NCBI GenBank assembly: GCA_043101135.1
Contig: JBICHS010000399.1
Span: 1 to 12,881, forward strand
DNA: 12,881 nucleotides
Direction of reading: 5' to 3'
Origin: Phycisphaeraceae bacterium JB051
GTDB taxonomy: Bacteria > Planctomycetota > Phycisphaerae > Phycisphaerales > Phycisphaeraceae
Below the pieces are notes generated by a model, which was not told where the DNA came from, did no database searches, and saw only the letters and a list, made by a program, of their open reading frames with translations. Numbering within the stretch: position 1 is the first letter of the stretch; each line of letters opens with the position of its first letter. Both the position numbers and the translations under genes were made by a program. Of this stretch, positions 1 through 6,424 are shown piece by piece.

Positions 1-439
1 ATGGGAATAAGTCGACCCCACGTGCCAATTGATCTGGCGCGGATTTGAACTTTTTAAGCAGTTCAATGTCACGCTTGAGAATCTCCCAACCGTCGGACTC
101 TTCTTCTTCCAATTGGAATTGCTCAATAAGATGGCGGCCAATGGCTTCACGCTCGGCTTCGGCAATGTACCAATTGGCGTGCTCCAGGCCGGCGAGTCCC
201 CATCGGTGAGCAGGACGGAAATTGGTCAAAAAGACATCGGTAACATCTTTAAGCGCGATGCCTGCACGTTCAGCCAGGCGGGCGCCGATGACCTGTGCAG
301 GCAAGCCCGGGTCGACGAGAATGACCTGCTTTTCGCTGCGGATGAGCGTACAGGTACTGTGTGCGGAGCGTGTTGCACCAGCTTCATTCCAAAGCTCATG
401 TCGACTCAGAGCACCGATACTGATAATGCGATAATCCAT
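1..439 (-). CDS. MBL-fold (metallo-beta-lactamase superfamily) protein, first 146 codons; the 3' end runs off the left edge of the window
   Basis: Not in the ORF track because it is open at the window edge. The reverse complement from ATG at 439 reads without a stop: MDYRIISIGALSRHELWNEAGATRSAHSTCTLIRSEKQVILVDPGLPAQVIGARLAERAGIALKDVTDVFLTNFRPAHRWGLAGLEHANWYIAEAEREAIGRHLIEQ...ARGVDLFP. The layout 'TxxLI...ILVDPG', about 25 aa, then 'VFLTxFxPxHxxG' matches the N-terminal half of the MBL fold. The listed + ORF 29..457 is its antisense shadow. Confidence 0.65.
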   Translation of the reverse strand, partial: MDYRIISIGALSRHELWNEAGATRSAHSTCTLIRSEKQVILVDPGLPAQVIGARLAERAGIALKDVTDVFLTNFRPAHRWGLAGLEHANWYIAEAEREAIGRHLIEQFQLEEEESDGWEILKRDIELLKKFKSAPDQLARGVDLFP

Positions 440-530
440 ATTTGCTTCTTTGGATAAGGGAACGCACCTCATAACCATCAGGTGCGCGGGGTTCTAGCGA
501 GTGATTCGGGACAGAAATGGTACAGCCGAC

Positions 531-1055
531 TTAATATTGGTCAACTGACTTGAGCAATTGCTCCTTGGTCATCTTCTTGAGTTTCTCGACGACCAAGTCA
601 GGCAAAAGTGAGGTCAGACGATCGATCTTACCCCCTGCTGCAATCTGTTTGATCAGAGAGGAACTGGTAAAGCCGTAGTTTTCCCCGGTCATGATAAAGA
701 CGGTCTCAATGTCGCCCACAGCACGGTTGGTCAATGCCAATTGAAATTCATGATGCAGATCGGTGACATTCCGCAGGCCACGCAGGATCACGGTCGCCCC
801 GACTTTACGGGCAAAATCAACGGTCAAACCTTTATAGGACTTGACGGAGACATTCTTGCAGCGTTCATCAATGATCTGCTGAATCATGTCAACGCGCTCG
901 TTTGGTGGGAAGATCACGTTTTTATCAGGGTTGCGCCCCACTGCCACGATCAGCTGATCAAACAGGGGCTCGGCACGTTGGATGACATCCATGTGGCCGT
1001 TGGTTATCGGGTCGAAGGTCCCGGGAAACAGCGCGATTTTGGGTTTCTGTGACAT
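531..1055 (-). CDS. coaD: Phosphopantetheine adenylyltransferase (PPAT)
   Basis: Carries the PPAT signature 'KIALFPGTFDPITNGHMDVIQRA' (G-x-FDPxTxGH) plus 'ATVILRGLR' and 'TSSSLIKQI'. From M26 of ORF 531..1130 the product is 174 aa, the usual PPAT size. The upstream 25 codons (MQSGCNDCASCDRY...) look non-coding. A -10-like box sits 6 nt upstream of the 1055 ATG. Confidence 0.93.
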   Translation of the reverse strand: MSQKPKIALFPGTFDPITNGHMDVIQRAEPLFDQLIVAVGRNPDKNVIFPPNERVDMIQQIIDERCKNVSVKSYKGLTVDFARKVGATVILRGLRNVTDLHHEFQLALTNRAVGDIETVFIMTGENYGFTSSSLIKQIAAGGKIDRLTSLLPDLVVEKLKKMTKEQLLKSVDQY

Positions 1056-1061
1056 CGCTAC

Positions 1062-1070
1062 AGTATAGCA
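1062..1070 (-). promoter_or_regulatory. Candidate extended -10 promoter element for coaD (TGcTATACT on the minus strand), 6 nt upstream of the ATG
   Basis: The minus strand reads gcacTTGCTATACTgtagcgATG. This is TGn + TATACT (5/6 to TATAAT) ending 6 nt before the proposed start codon at 1055. I found no convincing -35. Confidence 0.3.
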
Positions 1071-1163
1071 AGTGCTTTGAAACACTGGATATCTATCACA
1101 GCTCGCACAATCGTTACAACCGGACTGCATTATTTTAATTTTGGCTCAAGTTCTGTTCTTTTG

Positions 1164-1175
1164 TTTGCATGCAAA
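1164..1175. promoter_or_regulatory. Perfect 12-bp palindrome TTTGCATGCAAA in the coaD / PEP-CTERM divergent region (candidate operator)
   Basis: TTTGCATGCAAA equals its own reverse complement. It lies about 100 bp upstream of the 1274 start and about 110 bp upstream of the coaD start. Confidence 0.2.
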
Positions 1176-1273
1176 AGTTAAGTTATGGAAAGTCCGCAAG
1201 AGTTTTGTTTGGGAGAACGCACTCTTGCACGCATCGGGAGAAAATTGTAGAGACTGCGAAAGGTGTAGACCTC

Positions 1274-1864
1274 ATGATGAAAATCATCTCCAGAACATTG
1301 GCTGTCGCGGCATTAGTGTTAATGCCCGCCGCAGCATTTGCAGGTGGTATCGACTTTAGCTCAACCGAAAACGGTAGCACACGTCCCAGCTGGGGCCGTG
1401 CAGCCGGTGCAAGTTGGGGGATGAGTGGATTCCTCACTGAAAACATCAACAGCTTCGGCGCCCAAGGCAAACCGATCAGTATCACATCGGGTTCGGCCGA
1501 CACCTATGACCCCATCGCCGGGTTTGGTGCGACCAATGCCGACTACCTCGGTTTCCAGATCGGTGGCCCCAACGGTACCCGCCTGATCTACGACCGTCTT
1601 GCTGCCAACCTTGTGGCACATATCCTTGGTGGTGACACAGACGACCAGATCAGTGACGCACCGGATATGAAAGACCGCTTCGGCTTCTATCGTCCCGAAA
1701 TCTCCGGCAATCTCTTTGATTCTGGTGGCACCACGGGTACACAACTCAACATTCCCGACATCCCGGATCCGACCCCCACCCCGGAACCGACCAGCGCCGC
1801 CCTCATGGGTCTGGCTGCATGGATGATCGGCCTGCGTCGCCCTGCACGCACCCGCCACAGCTAA
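1274..1864 (+). CDS. Secreted PEP-CTERM sorting-domain protein of unknown function (about 196 aa)
   Basis: Starts at M36 of ORF 1169..1864. The N-terminus MMKIISRTLAVAALVLMPAAAFA|GG is a typical signal peptide, and AAAGGTG lies about 12 nt upstream. The C-terminus ...PDPTPTPEPTSAALMGLAAWMIGLRRPARTRHS has the PEP motif, a hydrophobic helix and an Arg cluster, which is the PEP-CTERM/exosortase sorting signal. Confidence 0.85.
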   Translation: MMKIISRTLAVAALVLMPAAAFAGGIDFSSTENGSTRPSWGRAAGASWGMSGFLTENINSFGAQGKPISITSGSADTYDPIAGFGATNADYLGFQIGGPNGTRLIYDRLAANLVAHILGGDTDDQISDAPDMKDRFGFYRPEISGNLFDSGGTTGTQLNIPDIPDPTPTPEPTSAALMGLAAWMIGLRRPARTRHS

Positions 1865-1895
1865 GGATGGCTTTGGCTAAGTAGTAACAGAATTT

Positions 1896-1925
1896 TGCAG
1901 CTCAATCCCCGCAATTGAGCATGCA
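1896..1925 (+). other. Strong stem-loop: 11 bp with one bulged A and a 7-nt loop, 32 nt after the PEP-CTERM gene stop
   Basis: TGCAGCTCAAT (1896-1906) pairs with ATTGAGC-a-TGCA (1914-1925). No T tract follows, so this is not a canonical terminator on its own. Confidence 0.4.
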
Positions 1926-1946
1926 GTCTCCAATCTGCCCTGGATC

Positions 1947-1994
1947 GGGTCTTGACCGGCGAATGCCTCCTCGGTCAGGACCCTTTCTCTTTTT
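1947..1994 (+). terminator. Rho-independent terminator for the PEP-CTERM gene
   Basis: GGGTCTTGACCG (1947-1958) pairs with CGGTCAGGACCC (1972-1983): 12 bp including one G-U, with a 13-nt loop. It is followed directly by TTTCTCTTTTT (1984-1994). The upstream flank is not A-rich, so the terminator is + strand specific. Confidence 0.6.
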
Positions 1995-2039
1995 CAGGGA
2001 CAGACCTCTCATCATAAATAACAACGTTGTCGCACCACC

Positions 2040-2181
2040 ACATAGCCGAGTCATCTTGACTCGGTTGCCTTGTAGATAATTGTTTTTTTTGATGTCAGTG
2101 ATAGTGAATCACTGTGTATGCGGTTCTGTGTATGTGCTAGCCCATAAAACGGGAAACCGAGCCAAAATGACTCGGCTATGT
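2040..2181. repeat. 142-bp element bounded by perfect 15-bp inverted repeats (ACATAGCCGAGTCAT ... ATGACTCGGCTATGT); MITE/REP-like or a structured RNA
   Basis: Positions 2040-2054 are the exact reverse complement of 2167-2181. A third copy of the core, TGACTCGG, at 2057-2064 lets the left arm fold locally (2044-2066). The interior has a 7-bp hairpin CAGTGAT/ATCACTG (2096-2114), a direct repeat CTGTGTATG at 2112-2120 and 2126-2134, and a T8 run (2083-2090). No ORF of meaningful size is present. Confidence 0.5.
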
Positions 2182-2190
2182 ATCGATTAT

Positions 2191-3576
2191 TCACTCCACC
2201 GACACTGGTATATTCTCATACAACAACTCACCATCCCAGAATTCAGTAATCTCCAATGACTGCCGTGCAGCATCAGCACTAGGTGTGAGTTTGATGTCGA
2301 CCTTCTGGACGCTTGCGTTAACCAGGTTATTGAAATAGCCATGCCTTGCCCCCCCAGGTGAATCCCCCTTAGAAATGCGCATCGATGGTTCCAACGAGTA
2401 AACCTGCCCGTTGATCAGAGCTTTCATATCCCATGCAACGGTGGTGGGTATTCTTTCGACGCTTGTATAAACAACCAATCGTCCATCCATTGGTCGAAAA
2501 GCAACTTTCCGAATCTTAATTGAACTTTCGATTGCAGCCTTGAAAAAGTCATTGCCAATCGGCTTCACACTGGATTGACCTTTGGGCAAAATCGTGATCT
2601 CTGAAACCGATTCAAAATCTCGTACAAAGACTTCGCCGGTTTTTGAAGTCATTGTTTTTGTTTTCAAGTCATAAACTCTTTCGAAGGCATATTCCTGGGC
2701 CATCTCGTAACGGAGCTTGACCTTGCCTGTTGAAAGCGTGCTCCAATCTTCATTGTCAGCGCGCCTTAGGGAATAGATCCGCCCGTCATTGACCTGCAAA
2801 AGAATCGGCCCCCTATTGCCCAGGAAATCCAATCGCAATGATCCGGTTCGTTTGGGATGGTAATGAAATGTTTCGTAGTAAGGCCTGATACCGTGCTCGA
2901 TGATGGGGCGAAATTTCACCTTCAAGACAGCGATCTGTTCATCAAGAACATTGTTGACGTAGCGCATCCATAGTTCATCATCGAGCAATTGCTGTTCGTG
3001 GACTTTTTCAATCCAAAGGCCAGCTTCCTTAACCCATTCGCGTTCCTGCTCTTCCTGCAAATCCAGAGCCAATCTTGCCACGCGATTGGCTTGGGATTGG
3101 GAAACGCTTGAGGTTTCCAGTTGTTCTAAGGCTTGCTCCCAATCTTCGGGAGTTTGAAGGTCTGAAGTCATGATAAATTTAGGCATGGTCAGCTTGGGCA
3201 TATCAGGTAGCCAATCCAAGCTGCGGGCAGATGGGACGATTGCAAAAATACTGAGAATACCTGCCAGGAAAATACCACCACTACCGGTGATAATCCGACC
3301 TTTTTGTTTTCGGCGGTTGCCGACACGGACGTCTTTACGATATCGCAGGGCACGACCACATTGGGGGCAATTGCGAACGGCATTGGTGCTGCCATACAGA
3401 TCATGGCTACAGGTTCGACAGAGCGGATGTCCATCAATTCTTCGTCCGCGCCAACCGGTGATGATTAGAAACAGGCTGACCCCAAACAGGATTACCACTA
3501 AGCTCATCAGGGTGATGAATGTGCTGTCAGTTATCACTGCCAAATACGCAACGAACATCTTGATCTCCCGGATCAT
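2191..3576 (-). CDS. Hypothetical membrane protein: TM helix, cytoplasmic CxxC-16-CxxC zinc ribbon, TM helix, then a ~340-aa extracytoplasmic domain
   Basis: 461-aa ORF. TM1 is FITLMSLVVILFGVSLFLIITGW, followed by RGRR. The zinc ribbon is CRTCSHDLYGSTNAVRNCPQCG, followed by the basic stretch RYRKDVRVGNRRKQKGR. TM2 is IITGSGGIFLAGILSIFAIV. The remainder is long, charged and beta-rich. I recognise no family. An alternative start is M7 at 3558. Confidence 0.8.
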   Translation of the reverse strand: MIREIKMFVAYLAVITDSTFITLMSLVVILFGVSLFLIITGWRGRRIDGHPLCRTCSHDLYGSTNAVRNCPQCGRALRYRKDVRVGNRRKQKGRIITGSGGIFLAGILSIFAIVPSARSLDWLPDMPKLTMPKFIMTSDLQTPEDWEQALEQLETSSVSQSQANRVARLALDLQEEQEREWVKEAGLWIEKVHEQQLLDDELWMRYVNNVLDEQIAVLKVKFRPIIEHGIRPYYETFHYHPKRTGSLRLDFLGNRGPILLQVNDGRIYSLRRADNEDWSTLSTGKVKLRYEMAQEYAFERVYDLKTKTMTSKTGEVFVRDFESVSEITILPKGQSSVKPIGNDFFKAAIESSIKIRKVAFRPMDGRLVVYTSVERIPTTVAWDMKALINGQVYSLEPSMRISKGDSPGGARHGYFNNLVNASVQKVDIKLTPSADAARQSLEITEFWDGELLYENIPVSVE

Positions 3577-3601
3577 GGATATGAGAACGAGGCGGGGATA
3601 T

Positions 3602-3611
3602 TGGTATCATA
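3602..3611. promoter_or_regulatory. Symmetric face-to-face -10 elements: TGgTATCAT on the + strand for fhcD and TATGAT on the - strand for the 461-aa gene
   Basis: On the + strand, TG (3602-3603), n, then TATCAT (3605-3610) lies 7 nt before the fhcD ATG at 3618. On the - strand, TATGAT is the reverse complement of 3606-3611, 29 nt before the ATG at 3576. The whole divergent gap is 41 bp. Confidence 0.3.
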
Positions 3612-3617
3612 TGCGAC

Positions 3618-4565
3618 ATGCCTGATCTGCCCAACATTGTCCCAATCATCGACACCTTTGCTGAAGCGTTTGGCATGTGGTGTTGTCGGTTGATTGTTAC
3701 TGCATCTGATTCCTATTGGGTGAAGATGGCTGCGTTGCATGCCACGGGGTATGGCACGAGCATCATTGGTTGTGATTGTGAAGCAGGTATCGAAAGTTAC
3801 CTTTCTCCCGATAAAACGCCTGATGGCAGGCCCGGGGCAAGCCTGTTGTTCTTTGCGATCAAGTCCGAACAATTGGCTCAAGCGGTGGTCAACCGTGCGG
3901 GGCAGTGCCTGATGACCACGCCAACGTCTGCGGTGTATGACGGCTTTGATGATGTGACCGACGATCCAGAAGCCAAGACCAAGCGTGTGCCATTGGGTGA
4001 ATACATCAGCTATTTCGGTGACGGGTTTGAGTCGCAAAGTGAACATGCAGGACGCAGCGGCTGGGACATCCCGGTGATGGAAGGTAGCTTTTTCGTACAG
4101 TCGGACATGGGCATGCGGCTGGGTGTTGGTGGCGGGAATCTACTGGTATGCGGGCATGATCAACGCAAGACGCTCCATGCTGCCAAGCATGCAGTGGATG
4201 CGGTGAAATCCCTTGCCGCACATTGTGAAGATTTACCGGGCGTCATCATGCCGTTCCCCGGCGGGATTGTGCGATGCGGTTCGAAAGTCGGTTCACTGCG
4301 TGATCCGAGCATGATCGCTTCGACGAATCATCAGTACTGCCCGACACTGGATGACCGAGCTGACAGTCAATTGCCATCAGGGACGAAAGTGGTTTACGAG
4401 TTGATCATTGATGGCGTTGACCTGCAAGTGGTTGAACATGCGATGCACGTTGCGATTCAACGGTTGTTACAACAGGACTTGATTGCAATCTCAGCGGGGA
4501 ACTATGCGGGTAAGCTTGGTCGTTATCAAATCAACCTGCGTAAACTTGCCAGCGATCTGATTTAA
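3618..4565 (+). CDS. fhcD: Formylmethanofuran:tetrahydromethanopterin N-formyltransferase (Ftr / FhcD)
   Basis: 315 aa carrying the Ftr motif series in order: IIDTFAEAF, TGYGTS, TPDGRPG, GQCLMTTPTSA, YFGDGFE, GVGGGN, PFPGGIV, GSKVGS, ASTN..YCPT, ISAGNYAGKLG. These match archaeal and methylotroph Ftr/FhcD as I remember them. Length is typical (about 300 aa). Confidence 0.92.
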   Translation: MPDLPNIVPIIDTFAEAFGMWCCRLIVTASDSYWVKMAALHATGYGTSIIGCDCEAGIESYLSPDKTPDGRPGASLLFFAIKSEQLAQAVVNRAGQCLMTTPTSAVYDGFDDVTDDPEAKTKRVPLGEYISYFGDGFESQSEHAGRSGWDIPVMEGSFFVQSDMGMRLGVGGGNLLVCGHDQRKTLHAAKHAVDAVKSLAAHCEDLPGVIMPFPGGIVRCGSKVGSLRDPSMIASTNHQYCPTLDDRADSQLPSGTKVVYELIIDGVDLQVVEHAMHVAIQRLLQQDLIAISAGNYAGKLGRYQINLRKLASDLI

Positions 4566-4599
4566 AAACCATCACGCCAGGAATGGAATCTCTCAGGAT

Positions 4600-6369
4600 A
4601 TGAGCAAACTGACTTCAAGTAACCTGCCGCGAAAATGGGAAAAGCTATTGCATCAGCTTTGCCTGATCCTCACGGGATACATGGTTGTGATGACCTTTGT
4701 GGGTACGTACCTGCAATACGATCCGATCCCGCCCTACGACACATGGGATATCAAACTCAAGTTTCTCATTGACATCATTGAAGGTCGACACAGCGCGTGG
4801 TACCAATACAACTTTGAGCATTTTTACCTGATCCCCCGTTTATTTTTCCTGCTGGACTATCTGCTATTTAATTGCAACAACATCTTCATGGTTTCATGTA
4901 GTCTGTGCTTGTTACTCATCAGCGCCTTGTTCTTCCTGCGGATACTCAAAGACAGCGCCCCTGCGGGATCTTCATCCTTCGATGTGTCGATGGTTTGCAT
5001 GCTGATGATGGCGATGCTTTTTTCATGGGACCAGACGGACAATCTTCGATCGGGCATGCTCATTCAGTATTACCCGACCCAGATTCTGATGCTCGGCGCA
5101 TTTTACTTTTTGCATCGTGATGTTCAGTCAGCCGACAACAAGTGGTCGTCTTTCTGGCTATCCATCATCATGGCGGTTGGCAGCGTCTGTTCAATGGCAA
5201 ACGGCCTGTTAACCTTGCCGATCATGTGTGTTTATGCACTGGTCATGCGAATGCCCAAGAGACGGATTGCCTGTCTGATCATGGTGACGGTGATCACGTT
5301 TGTGCTCTACGGCTTAGGCTATGAAAATCCGATTCATGACGGCGATCCGATCAGGTATTTCTTTACGCATCCCTTCGAAGCGTATCAATATGTGATGCTG
5401 TTTCTGGGGCATCCGTTTCACTTTATTTTTGGCGAGAACATTTACAGTTCGCGCATCGCATGGGGCATGGGACAACTGCTTGTCGTGGTCACCCTTTATC
5501 AAGGTTACCGTTGCCTGAAGGATCCGAAAAAACACACATTACAATTGGCGATGATCTGCGTGATTCTGGCAATTGCAGGTACAGCAGCGATGTCGGCGGG
5601 TGGTCGGCTGTACAAGAGCGTGTTGTATGCGTTGGTTGCCCGTTATTCGGTTCCTGCCATTTACGGTTGGGTTTGCTTCATGATTCTGTTGAGTCCCGCG
5701 TGGATCAAATGGCTCAGTCGTAAGCGTCCCATGGGGTTGATCGTCTGTTTTCTCCTGTTGATGATTGCGATCCCCATGCAGAGTAAAGCGTGGTTCCCCA
5801 ACGTGAACAAGCAATTTGCCACCAGGCTCGCGGGTTTGACTTTGACGTTGCAGATTCATGATCCTTTACCACTTGGTGTTATTTACTTTCGCAACAACGA
5901 CGAATATCCAGCATCACGCGTATTGGGAATTGCCAAACTGACCATGGATCACCGGCTTTCGATCTTCAGCCGAGAGCCGTACAAGACGGTCATTGATCAG
6001 TGGGACAAACCGATCAAACCGGTCGATGCCAGTCAGACTTTACAAGGCCAAATCAACCGGATTCAGATCATCCAGGAGGCCCCCCGGTTTCTACGCATCA
6101 CCGGCTGGATTGCAGACCCCGAACATCAGCATGTCCCACGACTGGTCAAATTCCTGGATCAACACAACCGTGTGGTTGGCGTAGCCATCACCGGGAATGC
6201 CCAACCGAAGCTCAGGCAACATTTGGGATCGCTGGCTGATCAAGCTGGCTACATGGGGTACATCAAGACTGATCAACAAGGCAAAATGCTGACCATCCAG
6301 ACCGACCGAATGCGAAGTCCCCAGGCAATGCAGATTCCGATACTCACCCAATCGCTTGAAGCAGAATAA
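4600..6369 (+). CDS. Polytopic membrane protein (about 12 hydrophobic segments plus a ~190-aa soluble C-terminal domain); possible GT-C-type glycosyltransferase
   Basis: 589-aa ORF beginning 34 bp after fhcD on the same strand. The first loop after TM1 carries acidic residues (YDPIPPYDTWD ... NFEHFYLIPR). The rest is repeated hydrophobic helices and a C-terminal domain with a beta-sandwich-like pattern (RFLRITGWIADPE...VVGVAITGN...GYMGYI). The GT-C call rests on architecture alone. Confidence 0.8.
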   Translation: MSKLTSSNLPRKWEKLLHQLCLILTGYMVVMTFVGTYLQYDPIPPYDTWDIKLKFLIDIIEGRHSAWYQYNFEHFYLIPRLFFLLDYLLFNCNNIFMVSCSLCLLLISALFFLRILKDSAPAGSSSFDVSMVCMLMMAMLFSWDQTDNLRSGMLIQYYPTQILMLGAFYFLHRDVQSADNKWSSFWLSIIMAVGSVCSMANGLLTLPIMCVYALVMRMPKRRIACLIMVTVITFVLYGLGYENPIHDGDPIRYFFTHPFEAYQYVMLFLGHPFHFIFGENIYSSRIAWGMGQLLVVVTLYQGYRCLKDPKKHTLQLAMICVILAIAGTAAMSAGGRLYKSVLYALVARYSVPAIYGWVCFMILLSPAWIKWLSRKRPMGLIVCFLLLMIAIPMQSKAWFPNVNKQFATRLAGLTLTLQIHDPLPLGVIYFRNNDEYPASRVLGIAKLTMDHRLSIFSREPYKTVIDQWDKPIKPVDASQTLQGQINRIQIIQEAPRFLRITGWIADPEHQHVPRLVKFLDQHNRVVGVAITGNAQPKLRQHLGSLADQAGYMGYIKTDQQGKMLTIQTDRMRSPQAMQIPILTQSLEAE

Positions 6370-6424
6370 ATACATCTGCTATGTGACGGAAGACCAGGAC
6401 AATGGTTATGATGTAGGCTTGATC

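Noticed and set aside
29-457. Track ORF of 142 aa on the + strand (and the nested ORF 222..434)
   Set aside because: It is the antisense shadow of the minus-strand MBL-fold gene. The minus-strand frame gives a coherent MBL-like protein with a start at 439. The + strand product (MIWRGFELFKQFNV...) has no recognisable features.
463-486. 7-bp hairpin CGCACCT/AGGTGCG between coaD and the MBL-fold gene, considered as a terminator
   Set aside because: On the minus (transcribed) strand no U tract follows it, and the next gene starts 24 nt later. It is more likely an intercistronic stem-loop or chance.
1056-1130. N-terminal 25-codon extension of the coaD ORF
   Set aside because: PPAT homology starts at the internal Met. 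The extension is Cys-rich and atypical, and a -10-like box lies inside it.
1169-1273. Upstream 35 codons of the PEP-CTERM ORF (start at 1169)
   Set aside because: The signal peptide begins at MMKIISR (1274) with an AAAGGTG upstream. The extension would bury the signal peptide, and it contains the 12-bp palindrome typical of non-coding DNA.
1183-1858. Minus-strand ORFs 1183..1503 and 1361..1858, antisense to the PEP-CTERM gene
   Set aside because: These are Arg/Gly/Ala-rich low-information products fully overlapping a well-supported + gene, which is the usual antisense open-frame artefact.
1921-2079. Small ORFs in the 1865-2190 gap: 52 aa on + from 1921, and 55 aa on - starting within the left inverted-repeat hairpin
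   Set aside because: They have no RBS, give basic low-complexity products, and run straight through terminator and inverted-repeat structures.
2056-2080. TTGACT ... GATAAT promoter-like pair inside the inverted-repeat element
   Set aside because: The spacer is only 13-14 nt, far from the 17-nt optimum, and no gene lies downstream on that strand.
3170-4046. ORFs 3170..3625 (+), 3189..3437 (-) and 3573..4046 (-)
   Set aside because: These are alternative-frame or antisense shadows of the 461-aa gene and fhcD. The products are Arg-rich and have no motifs.
2191-6369. Apparent lower GC of the 461-aa and 589-aa genes compared with fhcD, mch and tig, considered as evidence of horizontal acquisition
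   Set aside because: This was judged by eye only. Membrane-protein amino-acid composition (Phe, Ile, Leu, Tyr) lowers GC on its own, and no mobility genes or tRNA or attachment sites flank them. Windowed GC and codon-adaptation calculations would be needed before making any claim.
4857-6375. Multiple 60-106-aa ORFs in other frames within the 589-aa membrane gene
   Set aside because: All are nested in a long ORF with a coherent transmembrane pattern, and none has start-site support.
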